The notes under the pieces: generated by a model
The model's input: only the letters and a program-made list of their open reading frames with translations
Told to the model about the DNA's origin: nothing
The model's database searches: none
Program-made: the position numbers and the translations under genes
Shown: positions 31,501 through 46,500 of the stretch, piece by piece
Layout: each line of letters starts with the position of its first letter
How positions within the stretch are numbered: position 1 is the stretch's first letter
Assembly (NCBI GenBank): GCA_030390025.1
Contig: JASTWF010000033.1
Location: forward strand, 6,078,001 to 6,142,000
Length of the DNA stretch: 64,000 nucleotides
Direction: 5' to 3'
Source of the DNA: Squalus acanthias
Lineage: Eukaryota

Positions 31501-34500
31501 TTAACTATAACTTTATTCCATGGTGCAGAGGATACCATGTGTAAATTAACAATTAACTGTAACTTTATTCACCGGTGTAGAGGATACCAAGCGTAAATTA
31601 ACAATTTACTCTATCATTATTCACTGGTGCAGAGGATACCATGTGTAAATTAACAATTAACTGTAACATTATTTACCGTTGTCGAGAATACCACGTGTAA
31701 ATTAAAATTTAACTGTAACTTTTGTTCCTTGTGTGGGGAATACCATGTGTAAATTAACAATTAACTGTAACTATTTCCCCGGTGCAGAGGATACCATGTG
31801 TAAATTAACAAATTACTGTAACTTTATGCCCCGGTGTCGTGGATACAATGTTTAATTTAACAATTAACTGCAACTTTTTCACTGCTGTAGAGGATACCAT
31901 GTGTAAATTAACAATTAACTATAACTTTATTCCATGGTGCAGAGGATACCATGTGAAAATTAACAATTAACTGTAACTTTATTCACCGGTGTAGAGGATA
32001 CCATGTGTAAATTAACAAATAACTATAACTTTATTTCCCGATGCTGAGGATACCATATGTAAATTAACAATTAACTGTAATTTTATTCCCTGGTGTAGAG
32101 GATACAATGTGTAAATTAACAATTAACTGTAACTTTATTCCCCGGTGTAGAGTATACCATATGTAAATTGACAATTAACTGTAACTTTTTTGCACCGGTG
32201 TAGTGGACACTATGTTGAAATTAACACTTAACTGTAACTTTATTCCGCGGTGTCGAGGATACTATGTTTAAATTATCACTTAACTGTAACTTTATTCCGC
32301 GGTGCAGAGGATACCATGTGTAAATTAACAATTTACTGTAACTTTATTCCCGGTGTAGTGTATGCTATGTTTAAATTAACAATTAACAGTAACTTGTTTC
32401 CCTGGTGCAGAGGATATCATGTGTAAATTAACAATTATCTGTAAATTCATTCTCTGGTGCATTGGATAGCATGTGTAAATTAACAATTAACTGTAACTCT
32501 CATCCCTGGTGTAGAGGACACCAGGTGTAAATTAACAATTAACTGTAACTTTATTCCTCGGTGTAGTGGATACAATGTGTAATATAACAATTATCTTTAA
32601 ATTTATTTCCTGATGCAGAGGAAACCATGTGTAAATTAACAATAAACTGCAACTTTATTCACAGGTGTAGAGGATACCATATGTAAATTAACAATTTACT
32701 GTAACTTTATTCCTGGTGTAGAGAATACCATGTGTAAATTAACAATTAACTGTAACTTTATTCACTGCTGTTGAGGATAGCATGTGTAAAAGAACAATTA
32801 ACTGTAACTTGATTAACTGCTGTAGAGGATACCATGTGTAAATTAACAATTAACTGTAACTTTAATCCCCGGTGTAGAGGACACCATGTGTAAATTAACA
32901 ACTTACTGTAACTTTATTCCCCGGTGGAGTGGATACAATGTGTAAATTAACAATTAACTGTAATTTTTTCGCTGCTGTAGTGGATACCATGTGTAAATTA
33001 ACAATTAACTGTAACTTTATTCAGCGGTGTAGAGGATACCATGTGTAAATTAACAATTAACTGTAACTTGTTTCCCTGGTGCACAGGATACCAAGTGTAA
33101 ATTAACAATTATATGTAACTTCATTCCCTGGTGCATTGGATAGCATGTGTAAATTAACAATTAACTGTCACTTTATTCCCTGGTGCAGAGGATAGCATGT
33201 GTAAATTAACAATTAACTGTAACTCTAATCCCTGGTGTAGAGGACACCAGGTGTAAATTTACAATTAACTGTAACTTTATTCCTCGGTGTAGTGGATACA
33301 ATGTGTAAAATAACAATTATCTTTAAATTTATTTCCTGATGCAGAGGAGACCATGTGTAAATTAACAATTAACTGTAACTTTATTCCAAGGTGTAGAGGA
33401 TACCATGTGTAAATTAACAATTATCTGTTACTTTATTCCCCGGTGTAGAGGATACCGTGTGTAAATTAATAATTAACTGTAAATTTATTCACTGCTGTGG
33501 AGGATAGCATGTGTAAAAGAACAATTAACTGTAACTTGATTAACTGCTGTAGGGGATGCCATGTGTAAATTAATACTTAACTGTAAATTTATTCACTGGT
33601 GCAGAGGATAGCATTTGTAAATGAACAATTAACTGTAACTTGATTAACTGCTGCAGAGGATATCATGTGTAAATTAACAATTAACTGTAACTTTAATCCC
33701 CGGTGGAGTGGATACAATGTTTAAATTAACAATTAACTGTAACTTTTTCCCCGGTGTGGAGGATACCATGTGTAAATTAACAATTAACTGTAACTTTAAT
33801 CCCCGGTGTAGAGGATACCATGTGTAAATTAACAACTTACTTTAACTTTATTCCCCGTTGGAGTGGATACAATGTTTAAATTAACAATTAACTTTAACTT
33901 TTTCCCCGGTATAGAGGATCCCATGTGTAAATTAACAATTAACTGTAACTTTAATCCCCGTTGTAGAGGACACCATGTGTAAATTAACAACTTACTTTAA
34001 CTTTATTCCCCGGTGGAGTGGATACAATGTGTAAATTAACAATTGACTGTAATTTTTTCGCTGCTGTAGTGGATACCATGTGTAAATTAACAATTAACTG
34101 TAACTTTATTCCGTGGTGTAGAGGATACCATGTGTAAATTAACAACTTACTGTAACTATATTCCCCGGTGGAGTGGATATAATGTTTAAATTAACAATTA
34201 ACTGTAACTTTTTCCCCGGTGTAGAGGATACCATGTGTAAATTAAGTATTAACTGTAACTTTTTCGCTGCTGTAGTGGATACAATGTGTAAATTAACAAT
34301 TTACTGTAACTTTTTTCCACGGTGTAGAGGATACCATGTTTAAATTAACAATTAAATGTTACTTTATTGCACGGTGTAGAGTATTCCATGTGTAAATTAA
34401 CGATTAACTGTAACTTTTTTCCCTGGTGTGGAGGATACCATGTGTAAATTACCAATTAACTGTAACATTATTTACCGGTGTAGAGAATACCTTGTGTGAA

Positions 34501-37500
34501 TTAACAAATTACTGTAACTTTATTCCACGGCGTTGTGGATACAATGTTTAATTTAACAAATAACTGTAACTTTTTCACTGCTGTAGTGAATACAATTTGT
34601 AAATTAACAATTAACTGTAACTTTTTTCCCCGGTGTAGAGGACACCATGTTTAAATTAACAATTATCTGTAACTTTATTCCCTGGTGTAGAGGATTCCAT
34701 TTGTAAATTAACGATTAACTGTAATTTATTAAATGCTGTCGGGGTTACCATGTGTAAATTAACAATTAACTGTAACTTTATTCCCTGGTGTCGAGGATAC
34801 CATGTGTAAATTAACAATTAACTGTAACTTTATTCCCCGGTGTAGAAGACACCCCATGTAAATTAACAATTAACGGTAACTTTATTCCGCGGTGTAGTGG
34901 ATACTATGTTTAAATTAACAATTAACTGTAACTTTATACCCCGGTGTAGAGTATACCATATGTAAATTGACAATTTACTGTAACTTTATTCCCTGGTGCA
35001 GAGGATATCATGTGTAAATTAACAATTTACTGTAACTTTATTCACTGGTGCAGAGTATACCATGTGTAAATTAACAATTTACTGTAACTTTATTCCCCGG
35101 TGCAGTGGATACATTGTTTATATTAATAATTAACTGTAACTTTATTCCCCGGTGTTGAGGACACCATATGTAAATTAACAATTAACTGTAACTTTATTCC
35201 CCGGTGTAGAGGATACCTTGTGTGAATTAAAAAAATACTGTAACTTTATTCCCCGGTGTAGAGAATACCTTGTGTGAATTAAAAAAATACTGCAACTTTA
35301 TTCCCCGGTGTTGTGGGAACAATGTTTAAATTAACATTTAACTGTTACTTTTTCCCCGGTGTCGAGGACACCATGTGTAAATTAACAATTATCTGTAACT
35401 TTACTCACTGGTGTAGAGTATTCCATGCGTAAATTAACAATCAACTGTAACTTCATTCACTGCTGTAGAGGATTCCATGTGTAAATTAACAATTAACTGT
35501 AACTTTCTTCCCCGGTGTCCAGGATACCATGTGTAACTTAACAATTAACAGTAACTTTAATCCCCGGTGCAGAAGATATCATATGTAAATTAACAATTAA
35601 CTGTAACTTTATTCCCCGGTGTAGAGGATACCATGTGTAAATTTACATTTAACTGCAACTTTATTTACCGGTGTTGAGAATACCATGTGTGAATTAAAAT
35701 TTAACTGTATCTTTTGTTCCTTGTGTGGAGGAAAACATGTGTAAATTAACAATTAACTGTCAATTTATTCACTGCTGTAGAGGATAATTTGTGTAAATTA
35801 ACAATTAACTGTAAATTTATTCACTGCTGTAGAGGATACCATGTGTAAAATAACAATTAACTGTAACATTATTGCCCGGTGCCGCGGATACCATGCGTAA
35901 ATTAACAAATTACTGTAACTTTATTCACAGGTGCAGAGGATACCATGTGTAAATTATCAAGTAACTGTAACTTTATTCCCCGCTGTAGAGGATAAAATGT
36001 TTAAATTAACAATTAACTATTACTATATTTCCTGGTGCAGAGGATTCCATATGTAAATTGACAATTAACTGGATCTTTATCACCCGGTGTAGTGGATAAA
36101 ATGTTTAAATTAACACTTAACTGTAACTTTATTCCCCGGTGTAGAGGATACAATGTTTAAATTAACAATTTACTGTAACTGTATTATCCGGTGTGGAGGA
36201 TACCTCGAGTAAATTTACAATTAACTGTGTCTTTATTGCCTGGTGTACAGGATACCATGTGTAAAATATCAATTAACTGTAACTTTATTCCACGGTGTAG
36301 AGCATACAATGTTTAAATTAACAATTAAATTCAATTTTAGTCCCTGGTGTAGAGGATACAGTGTTTAAAATAACAATTTCCTGTAATTTATTACCTGGTG
36401 TAGTGGATTCCATGTGTAAATTAACAATTAACTGCAAATGTATTCCCCGGTGTAGAGGATACAATGTTTAACTTAACAATTTCCTGTAACTTTATTCCCT
36501 GGTGTAGTGGATTCCATGTGTAAATTTACAATTAACTGCAAATTTATTCCCCGGTGTAGAGGATACCACGTGTAAATTAACGATTAACTGCAAATGTAAT
36601 CTCCGGTTTAGAGGATACCATTTGTAAATTAACATTCACTGTAACGTTATTCCCTGGTGTAGAGGATACCATGTGTAAATTAACAATTAACTGTAACTTT
36701 ATTCCCCGGTGTAGAGGAATTCATGTGTAAACTAAAAATTAATTGTGAATTATTCCCCGGTGTAGAGGATACCTTGTGTAAATTAATAATTAAACGTAAA
36801 TTATTCCCCGGTGTAGAGGATACCATGTGTAAATAAACTATTAACTGTAACTGTATTCCTCGCTGTCGGGGATACCATGTGTAAATTAACAATTAACTGT
36901 AAATTTATTCACTGGTGTGGAGGATACCATGTTTAAATTAACAATTAACTGTAACTTTATGCACATGTATAAAGGATACCATGTGTAAATTAACAATTAA
37001 CTGTAACATTATTCAATGGTGCAGAGGATACCAAGTGTAAATTAACAATTAACTGCAACTTTATTAACAGCTGTAGAGAATACCTTGTGTAAATTAACAA
37101 TTAACTTTAACTTTATTAACTGTTGTAAAGGATACCATGTGTAAATTAACAATTAAATGTAACTGTATTGCAAGGTGCAGAGGATACCATGTGTAAATTA
37201 ACAATTAACTGTAACTTTATTCCCCGATACAGAGGACACCATGTGTAAATTAACATTTAACTGTAACTTTTTTCCCGGTGTAGAGGATATCATGTGTAAA
37301 TTAACAATTAACTGCAACTTTTTCACTGCTGTAGAGGATACCATGTGTAAATTAACAATTAACTGTCACTGTATTCCCTGTTGTAGAGCATACCATGATT
37401 AAATTAACAATTAACTGTAAATTTATTCCCCGGTGTAGTGGATACAATGTTTAAATTAACAATTTACTGTAACTGTATTACCCGGGGAGGAGGATAAAAC

Positions 37501-40500
37501 GTGTAAATTTACAATTAACTGTGTCTTTATTCCCTGGTGTAGAGGATACCATGTATAAATTATCAATTAACTGTAACATTATTCACTGGTGCAGAGGATA
37601 CCATGTGTAAATTAACAATTAACTGTAACTTTCTTCACTGCTGTAGAGGATACTTTGTGTAAATTAACAATTAAATGTCAATTTATTCACTGCTGTAGAG
37701 GATACCATGCGTAAAATAACAATTAACTGTAACATTATTCCCCGGTGCAGCGGATACCATGCGTAAATTAACAAATTTACTGTAACTTGTTTCACAGGTG
37801 CAGAGGATACCATGGGTAAATTAACAATTAAGTGTAACTTTATTCCCCGCTGTAGAGGATAAAATGTTTAAATTAACAATTAACTGTTACTCTATTTCCC
37901 GGTGCAGAAGATACCATATGTAAATTGACAATTAACTGGATCTTTATCACCCGGTGTAGTGGATAAAATGTTTAAATTAACACTTAACTGTAACTTTATT
38001 CCCCGGTGTAGAGGATACAATGTTTAAATTAAAAATTTACTGTAACTGTATTACCCGGTGTGGAGGATACCTCGTGTAAATTTACAATTAATTGTGTGTT
38101 TATTCACTGATGTAGAGGATACCATGTGTAAATTAACATTTAACTGTAACTTTTTTCCCGGTGTAGAGGATATCATGTGTAAATTAACAATTAACTGCAA
38201 CTTTCTCACTGCTGTAGAGGATACCATGTGTAAATTAACAATTAACTGTCACTTTATTCCCTGTTGTAGAGCATACCATTATTAAATTAACAATTAACTG
38301 CAAATTTATTCCCCGGTGTAGAGGATACCATGTGTAAGTTATCAATTAACTGCAACTTTATTCCCCGGTGTCGAGGATACAATGTTTAAATTAACAATTT
38401 CCTGTAACTTTATTCCCTGGTGTAGTGGATTCCATGTGTAAATTTACAATTAACTGCAAATTTATTCCCGGGGGAAGAGGATACCACGTTTAAATTAACA
38501 ATTTACTGCAAATTTAATCTCCGGTGTAGAGGATACCAAGTGTAAATTAACAATTAACTGCAACTTTTTTAACTGCTGTAGAGAATACCTTGTGTAAATT
38601 AACAATTAACTGTAAATTATTCCCCGGTGTAGAGGATACCATGTGTAAATTAACAAATAACTGTAAATTATTCCCCGGTGTAGAGGATACCATGTTTAAA
38701 TTAACAATTAACTGTAACTTTATTCACTTGTGTAAAGGATACCATGTGTAAATTAACAATTAACTGTAACATTATTCACTGGTGCAGAGGATACCATGTT
38801 TAAATTAACAATTAACTGTAACTTTATTAACTGCTGTAGAGGATACCATGTGTAAATTAACAATTAACTATAACTTTATTCCCTGGTGCAGAGGATACCA
38901 TGTGTAAATTAACAAATTACTGTAACTTTATTCACAGGTGCAGAGGATACCATGTGTAAATTATCAAGTAACTGTAACTTTATTCCCCGCTGTAGAGGAT
39001 AAAATGTTTAAATTAACAATTAACTATTACTATATTTCCTGGTGCAGAGGATTCCATATGTAAATTGACAATTAACTGGATCTTTATCACCCGGTGTAGT
39101 GGATAAAATGTTTAAATTAACACTTAACTGTAACTTTATTCCCCGGTGTAGAGGATACCACGTGTAAATTAACGATTAACTGCAAATGTAATCTCCGGTT
39201 TAGAGGATACCATTTGTAAATTAACATTCACTGTAACTTTATTCCCTGGTGTAGAGGATACCATGTGTAAATTAACAATTAACTGTAACTTTATTCCCCG
39301 GTGTAGAGGAATTCATGTGTAAATTAAAAATTACTTGTGAATTATTCCCCGGTGTAGAGGATACCTTGTGTAAATTAATAATTAAACGTAAATTATTCCC
39401 CGGTGTAGAGGATACCATGTGTAAATAAACTATTAACTGTAACTGTATTCCTCGCTGTCGGGGATACCATGTGTAAATTAACAATTAACTGTAAATTTAT
39501 TCCCCGGTGTAGAGGATACCATGTGTAAATTAACAATTAACTGTAACATTATTCAATGGTGCAGAGGATACCAAGTGTAAATTAACAATTAACTGCAACT
39601 TTATTAACAGCTGTAGAGAATACCTTGTGTAAATTAACAATTAACTGTAACTTTATTAACTGTTGTAAAGGATACCATGTGTAAATTAACAATTAAATGT
39701 AACTGTATTGCAAGGTGCAGAGGATACCATGTGTAAATTAACAATTAACTGTAACTTTATTCCCCGATACAGAGGACACCATGTGTAAATTAACATTTAA
39801 CTGTAACTTTTTTCCCGGTGTAGAGGATATCATGTGTAAATTAACAATTAACTGCAACTTTTTCACTGCTGTAGAGGATACCATGTGTAAATTAACAATT
39901 AACTGTCACTGTATTCCCTGTTGTAGAGCATACCATGATTAAATTAACAATTAACTGTAAATTTATTCCCCGGTGTAGTGGATACAATGTTTAAATTAAC
40001 AATTTACTGTAACTGTATTACCTGGGGAGGAGGATAAAACGTGTAAATTTACAATTAACTGTGTCTTTATTCCCTGGTGTAGAGGATACCATGTATAAAT
40101 TATCAATTAACTGTAACTTTATTCACTGGTGCAGAGGATACCATGTGGAAATTAACAATTAACTGTAACTTTCTTCACTGCTGTAGAGGATACTTTGTGT
40201 AAATTAACAATTAAATGTCAATTTATTCACTGCTGTAGAGGATACCATGCGTAAAATAACAATTAACTGTAACATTATTCCCCGGTGCAGCGGATACCAT
40301 GCGTAAATTAACAAATTTACTGTAACTTGTTTCACAGGTGCAGAGGATACCATGGGTAAATTAACAATTAAGTGTAACTTTATTCCCCGCTGTAGAGGAT
40401 AAAATGTTTAAATTAACAATTAACTGTTACTATATTTCCCGGTGCAGAGGATACCATATGTAAATTGACAATTAACTGGATCTTTATCACCCGGTGTAGT

Positions 40501-43500
40501 GGATAAAATGTTTAAATTAACACTTAACTGTAACTTTATTCCCCGGTGTAGAGGATACAATGTTTAAATTAAAAATTTACTGTAACTGTATTACCCGGTG
40601 TGGAGGATACCTTGTGTAAATTTACAATTAATTGTGTGTTTATTCACTGATGTAGAGGATACCATGTGTAAATTAACAATTAACTGTAACTTTATTCCCC
40701 GGTACAGAGGACACCATGTGTAAATTAACATTTAACTGTAACTTTTTTCCCGGTGTAGAGGATATCATGTGTAAATTAACAATTAACTGCAACTTTTTCA
40801 CTGCTGTAGAGGATACCATGTGTAAATTAACAATTAACTGTCACTTTATTCCCTGTTGTAGAGCATACCATTATTAAATTAACAATTAACTGTAAATTTA
40901 TTCCCCGGTGTAGTGGATACAATGTTTAAATTAACAATTTACTGTAACTGTATTACCCGGGGAGGAGGATAAAACGTGTAAATTTACAATTAACTGTGTC
41001 TTTATTCCCTGGTGTAGAGGATACCATGTGTAAATTATCAATTAACTGTAACTTTATTCCACGGTGTAGAGCAAACAATTTTTAAATTAACAATTAACTT
41101 CAATTTTAGTCCCCGGTGCAGCGGATACAATGTTTAAATTAACAATTTCCTGTAACTTTATTACCTGGTGTAGTGGATTCCATGTGTAAATTAACAATTA
41201 ACTGCAAATTTATTCCCCGGTGTAGAGGATACCATGTGTAAGTTATCAATTAACTGCAACTTTATTCCCCGGTGTAGAGGATACAATGTTTAAATTAACA
41301 ATTTCCTGTAACTTTATTCCCTGGTGTAGTGGATTCCATGTGTAAATTTACAATTAACTGCAAATTTATTCCCGGGGGAAGAGGATACCACGTTTAAATT
41401 AACAATTTACTGCAAATTTAATCTCCGGTGTAGAGGATACCAAGTGTAAATTAACAATTAACTGCAACTTTTTTAACTGCTGTAGAGAATACCTTGTGTA
41501 AATTAACAAATAACTGTAAATTATTCCCCGGTGTAGAGGATACCATGTGTAAATTAAACATTAACTGTAACTGTATTCCTCGCTGTCGGGGATACCATGT
41601 GTAAATTAACAATTAACTGTAACATTATTCACTGGTGCAGAGGATACCAAGTGTAAATTAACAATTAACTGAAACTTTATTAACTGCTGTAGAGAATACC
41701 ATGTTTAAATTAACAATTAACTGTAACTTTATTAACTGCTGTAGAGGATACCATGTGTAAATTAACAATTAACTATAACTTTATTCCCTGGTGCAGAGGA
41801 TACCATGTGTAAATTATCAAGTAACTGTAACTTTATTCCCCGCTGTAGAGGATAAAATGTTTAAATTAACAATTAACTGTTACTATATTTCCCGGTGCAG
41901 AGGATACCATATGTAAATTGACAATTAACTGGATCTTTATCACCCGGTGTAGTGGATAAAATGTTTAAATTAACACTTAACTGTAACTTTATTCCCCGGT
42001 GTAGAGGATACAATGTTTAAATTAAAAATTTACTGTAACTGTATTACCCGGTGTGGAGGATACCTCGTGTAAATTTACAATTAATTGTGTGTTTATTCAC
42101 TGATGTAGAGGATACCATATGTAAATTAACAATTAACTGTAACTTTATTCCCCGGTACAGAGGACACCATGTGTAAATTAACATTTAACTGTAACTTTTT
42201 TCCCGGTGTAGAGGATATCATGTGTAAATTAACAATTAACTGCAACTTTTTCACTGCTGTAGAGGATACCATGTGTAAATTAACAATTAACTGTCACTTT
42301 ATTCCCTGTTGTAGAGCATACCATTATTAAATTAACAATTAACTGTAAATTTATTCCCCGGTGTAGTGGATACAATGTTTAAATTAACAATTTACTGTAA
42401 CTGTATTACCCGGGGAGGAGGATAAAACGTGTAAATTTACAATTAACTGTGTCTTTATTCCCTGGTGTAGAGGATACCATGTGTAAATTATCAATTAACT
42501 GTAACTTTATTCCACGGTGTAGAGCAAACAATTTTTAAATTAACAATTAACTTCAATTTTAGTCCCCGGTGCAGCGGATACAATGTTTAAATTAACAATT
42601 TCCTGTAACTTTATTACCTGGTGTAGTGGATTCCATGTGTAAATTAACAATTAACTGCAAATTTATTCCCCTGTGTAGAGGATACCATGTGTAAGTTATC
42701 AATTAACTGCAACTTTATTCCCCGGTGTCGAGGATACAATGTTTAAATTAACAATTTCCTGTAACTTTATTCCCTGGTGTAGTGGATTCCATGTGTAAAT
42801 TTACAATTAACTGCAAATTTATTCCCGGGGGAAGAGGATACCACGTTTAAATTAACAATTTACTGCAAATTTAATCTCCGGTGTAGAGGATACCAAGTGT
42901 AAATTAACAATTAACTGCAACTTTTTTAACTGCTGTAGAGAATACCTTGTGTAAATTAACAAATAACTGTAAATTATTCCCCGGTGTAGAGGATACCATG
43001 TGTAAATTAAACATTAACTGTAACTGTATTCCTCGCTGTCGGGGATACCATGTGTAAATTAACAATTAACTGTAAATTTATTCCCTGGTGTGGAGGATAC
43101 CATGTTTAAATTAACAATTAACTGTAACTTTATTCACTTGTGTAAAGGATACCATGTGTAAATTAACAATTAACTGTAACATTATTCACTGGTGCAGAGG
43201 ATACCAAGTGTAAATTAACAATTAACTGAAACTGTATTAACTGCTGTAGAGAATACCATGTTTAAATTAACAATTAACTGTAACTTTATTAACTGCTGTA
43301 GAGGATACCATGTGTAAATTAACAATTAACTATAACTTTATTCCCTGGTGCAGAGGATACCATGTGTAAATTAACAAATTACTGTAACTTTATTCACAGG
43401 TGCAGAGGATACCATGTGTAAATTATCAAGTAACTGTAACTTTATTCCCCGCTGTAGAGGATAAAATGTTTAAATTAACAATTAACTATTACTATATTTC

Positions 43501-46500
43501 CTGGTGCAGAGGATTCCATATGTAAATTGACAATTAACTGGATCTTTATCACCCGGTGTAGTGGATAAAATGTTTAAATTAACACTTAACTGTAACTTTA
43601 TTCCCCGGTGTAGAGGATACCACGTGTAAATTAACGATTAACTGCAAATGTAATCTCCGGTTTAGAGGATACCATTTGTAAATTAACATTCACTGTAACT
43701 TTATTCCCTGGTGTAGAGGATACCATGTGTAAATTAACAATTAACTGTAACTTTATTCCCCGGTGTAGAGGAATTCATGTGTAAATTAAAAATTACTTGT
43801 GAATTATTCCCCGGTGTAGAGGATACCTTGTGTAAATTAATAATTAAACGTAAATTATTCCCCGGTGTAGAGGATACCATGTGTAAATAAACTATTAACT
43901 GTAACTGTATTCCTCGCTGTCGGGGATACCATGTGTAAATTAACAATTAACTGTAAATTTTTTCACTGGTGTGGAGGATACCATGTTTAAATTAACAATT
44001 AACTGTAACTTTATGCACATGTATAGAGGATACCATGTGTAAATTAACAATTAACTGTAAATTATTCCCCGATGCAGAGGATAACATGTGTAAATTAACA
44101 AATAACTGTAAATTATTCCCCGGTGTAGAGGATACCATGTGTAAATTAAACATTAACTGTAACTGTATTCCTCGCTGTCGGGGATACCATGTGTAAATTA
44201 ACAATTAACTGTAAATTTATTCACTGGTGTGGAGGATACCATGTTTAAATTAACAATTAACTGTAACTTTATTCACTTGTGTAAAGGATACCATGTGTAA
44301 ATTAACAATTAACTGTAACATTATTCACTGGTGCAGAGGATACCAAGTGTAAATTAACAATTAACTGAAACTTTATTAACTGCTGTAGAGAATACCATGT
44401 TTAAATTAACAATTAACTGTAACTTTATTTACTGCTGTAGAGGATACCATGTGTAAATTAACAATTAACTATAACTTTATTCCCTGGTGCAGAGGATACC
44501 ATGTGTAAATTAACAAATTACTGTAACTTTATTCACAGGTGCAGAGGATACCATGTGTAAATTATCAAGTAACTGTAACTTTATTCCCCGCTGTAGAGGA
44601 TAAAATGTTTAAATTAACAATTAACTATTACTATATTTCCTGGTGCAGAGGATTCCATATGTAAATTGACAATTAACTGGATCTTTATCACCCGGTGTAG
44701 TGGATAAAATGTTTAAATTAACACTTAACTGTAACTTTATTCCCCGGTGTAGAGGATACAATGTTTAAATTAACAATTTACTGTAACTGTATTATCCGGT
44801 GTGGAGGATACCTCGTGTAAATTTACAATTAACTGTGTCTTTATTGCCTGGTGTAGAGGATACCACGTGTAAAATATCAATTAACTGTAACTTTATTCCA
44901 CGGTGTAGAGCATACAATGTTTAAATTAACAATTAAATTCAATTTTAGTCCCCGGTGTAGAGGATACAGTGTTTAAAATAACAATTTCCTGTAATTTATT
45001 ACCTGGTGTAGTGGATTCCATGTGTAAATTAACAATTAACTGCAAATTTATTCCCCTGTGTAGAGGATACCATGTGTAAGTTATCAATTAACTGCAACTT
45101 TATTCCCCGGTGTCGAGGATACAATGTTTAAATTAACAATTTCCTGTAACTTTATTCCCTGGTGTAGTGGATTCCATGTGTAAATTTACAATTAACTGCA
45201 AATTTATTCCCCGGTGTAGAGGATACCACGTGTAAATTAACGATTAACTGCAAATGTAATCTCCGGTTTAGAGGATACCATTTGTAAATTAACATTCACT
45301 GTAACTTTATTCCCTGGTGTAGAGGATACCATGTGTAAATTAACAATTAACTGTAACTTTATTCCCCGGTGTAGAGGAATTCATGTGTAAATTAAAAATT
45401 AATTGTGAATTATTCCCCGGTGTAGAGGATACCATGTGTAAATAAACTATTAACTGTAACTGTATTCCTCGCTGTCGGGGATACCATGTGTAAATTAACA
45501 ATTAACTGTAAATTTATTCACTGGTGTGGAGGATACCATGTTTAAATTAACAATTAACTGTAACTTTATGCACATGTATAAAGGATACCATGTGTAAATT
45601 AACAATTAACTGTAACATTATTCAATGGTGCAGAGGATACCAAGTGTAAATTAACAATTAACTGCAACTTTATTAACAGCTGTAGAGAATACCTTGTGTA
45701 AATTAACAATTAACTGTAACTTTATTAACTGTTGTAAAGGATACCATGTGTAAATTAACAATTAAATGTAACTGTATTGCAAGGTGCAGAGGATACCATG
45801 TGTAAATTAACAATTAACTGTAACATTATTCCCCGATACAGAGGACACCATGTGTAAATTAACATTTAACTGTAACTTTTTTCCCGGTGTAGAGGATATC
45901 ATGTGTAAATTAACAATTAACTGCAACTTTTTCACTGCTGTAGAGGATACCATGTGTAAATTAACAATTAACTGTCACTGTATTCCCTGTTGTAGAGCAT
46001 ACCATGATTAAATTAACAATTAACTGTAAATCTATTCCCCGGTGTAGTGGACACAATGTTTAAATTAACAATTTACTGTAACTGTATTACCCGGGGAGGA
46101 GGATAAAACGTGTAAATTTACAATTAACTGCGTCTTAATTCCCTGGTGTAGAGGATACCATTTGTAAATTATCAATTAACTGTAACTTTATTCCACGGTG
46201 TAGAGCAAACAATTTTTAAATTAACAATTAACTTCAATTTTAGTCCCCGGTGCAGCGGATACAATGTTTAAATTAACAATTTCCTGTAACTTTATTACCT
46301 GGCGTAGTGGATTCCATGTGTAAATTAACAATTAACTGCAAATTTATTCCCCGGTGTAGAGGATACCATGTGTAAGTTAACAGTTAACTGTAACTTTATT
46401 CACTGCTGTAGAGGATACTTTGTGTAAATTAACAATTAAATGTCAATTTATTCACTGCTGTGGAGGATACCATGCGTAAAATAACAATTAACTGTAACAT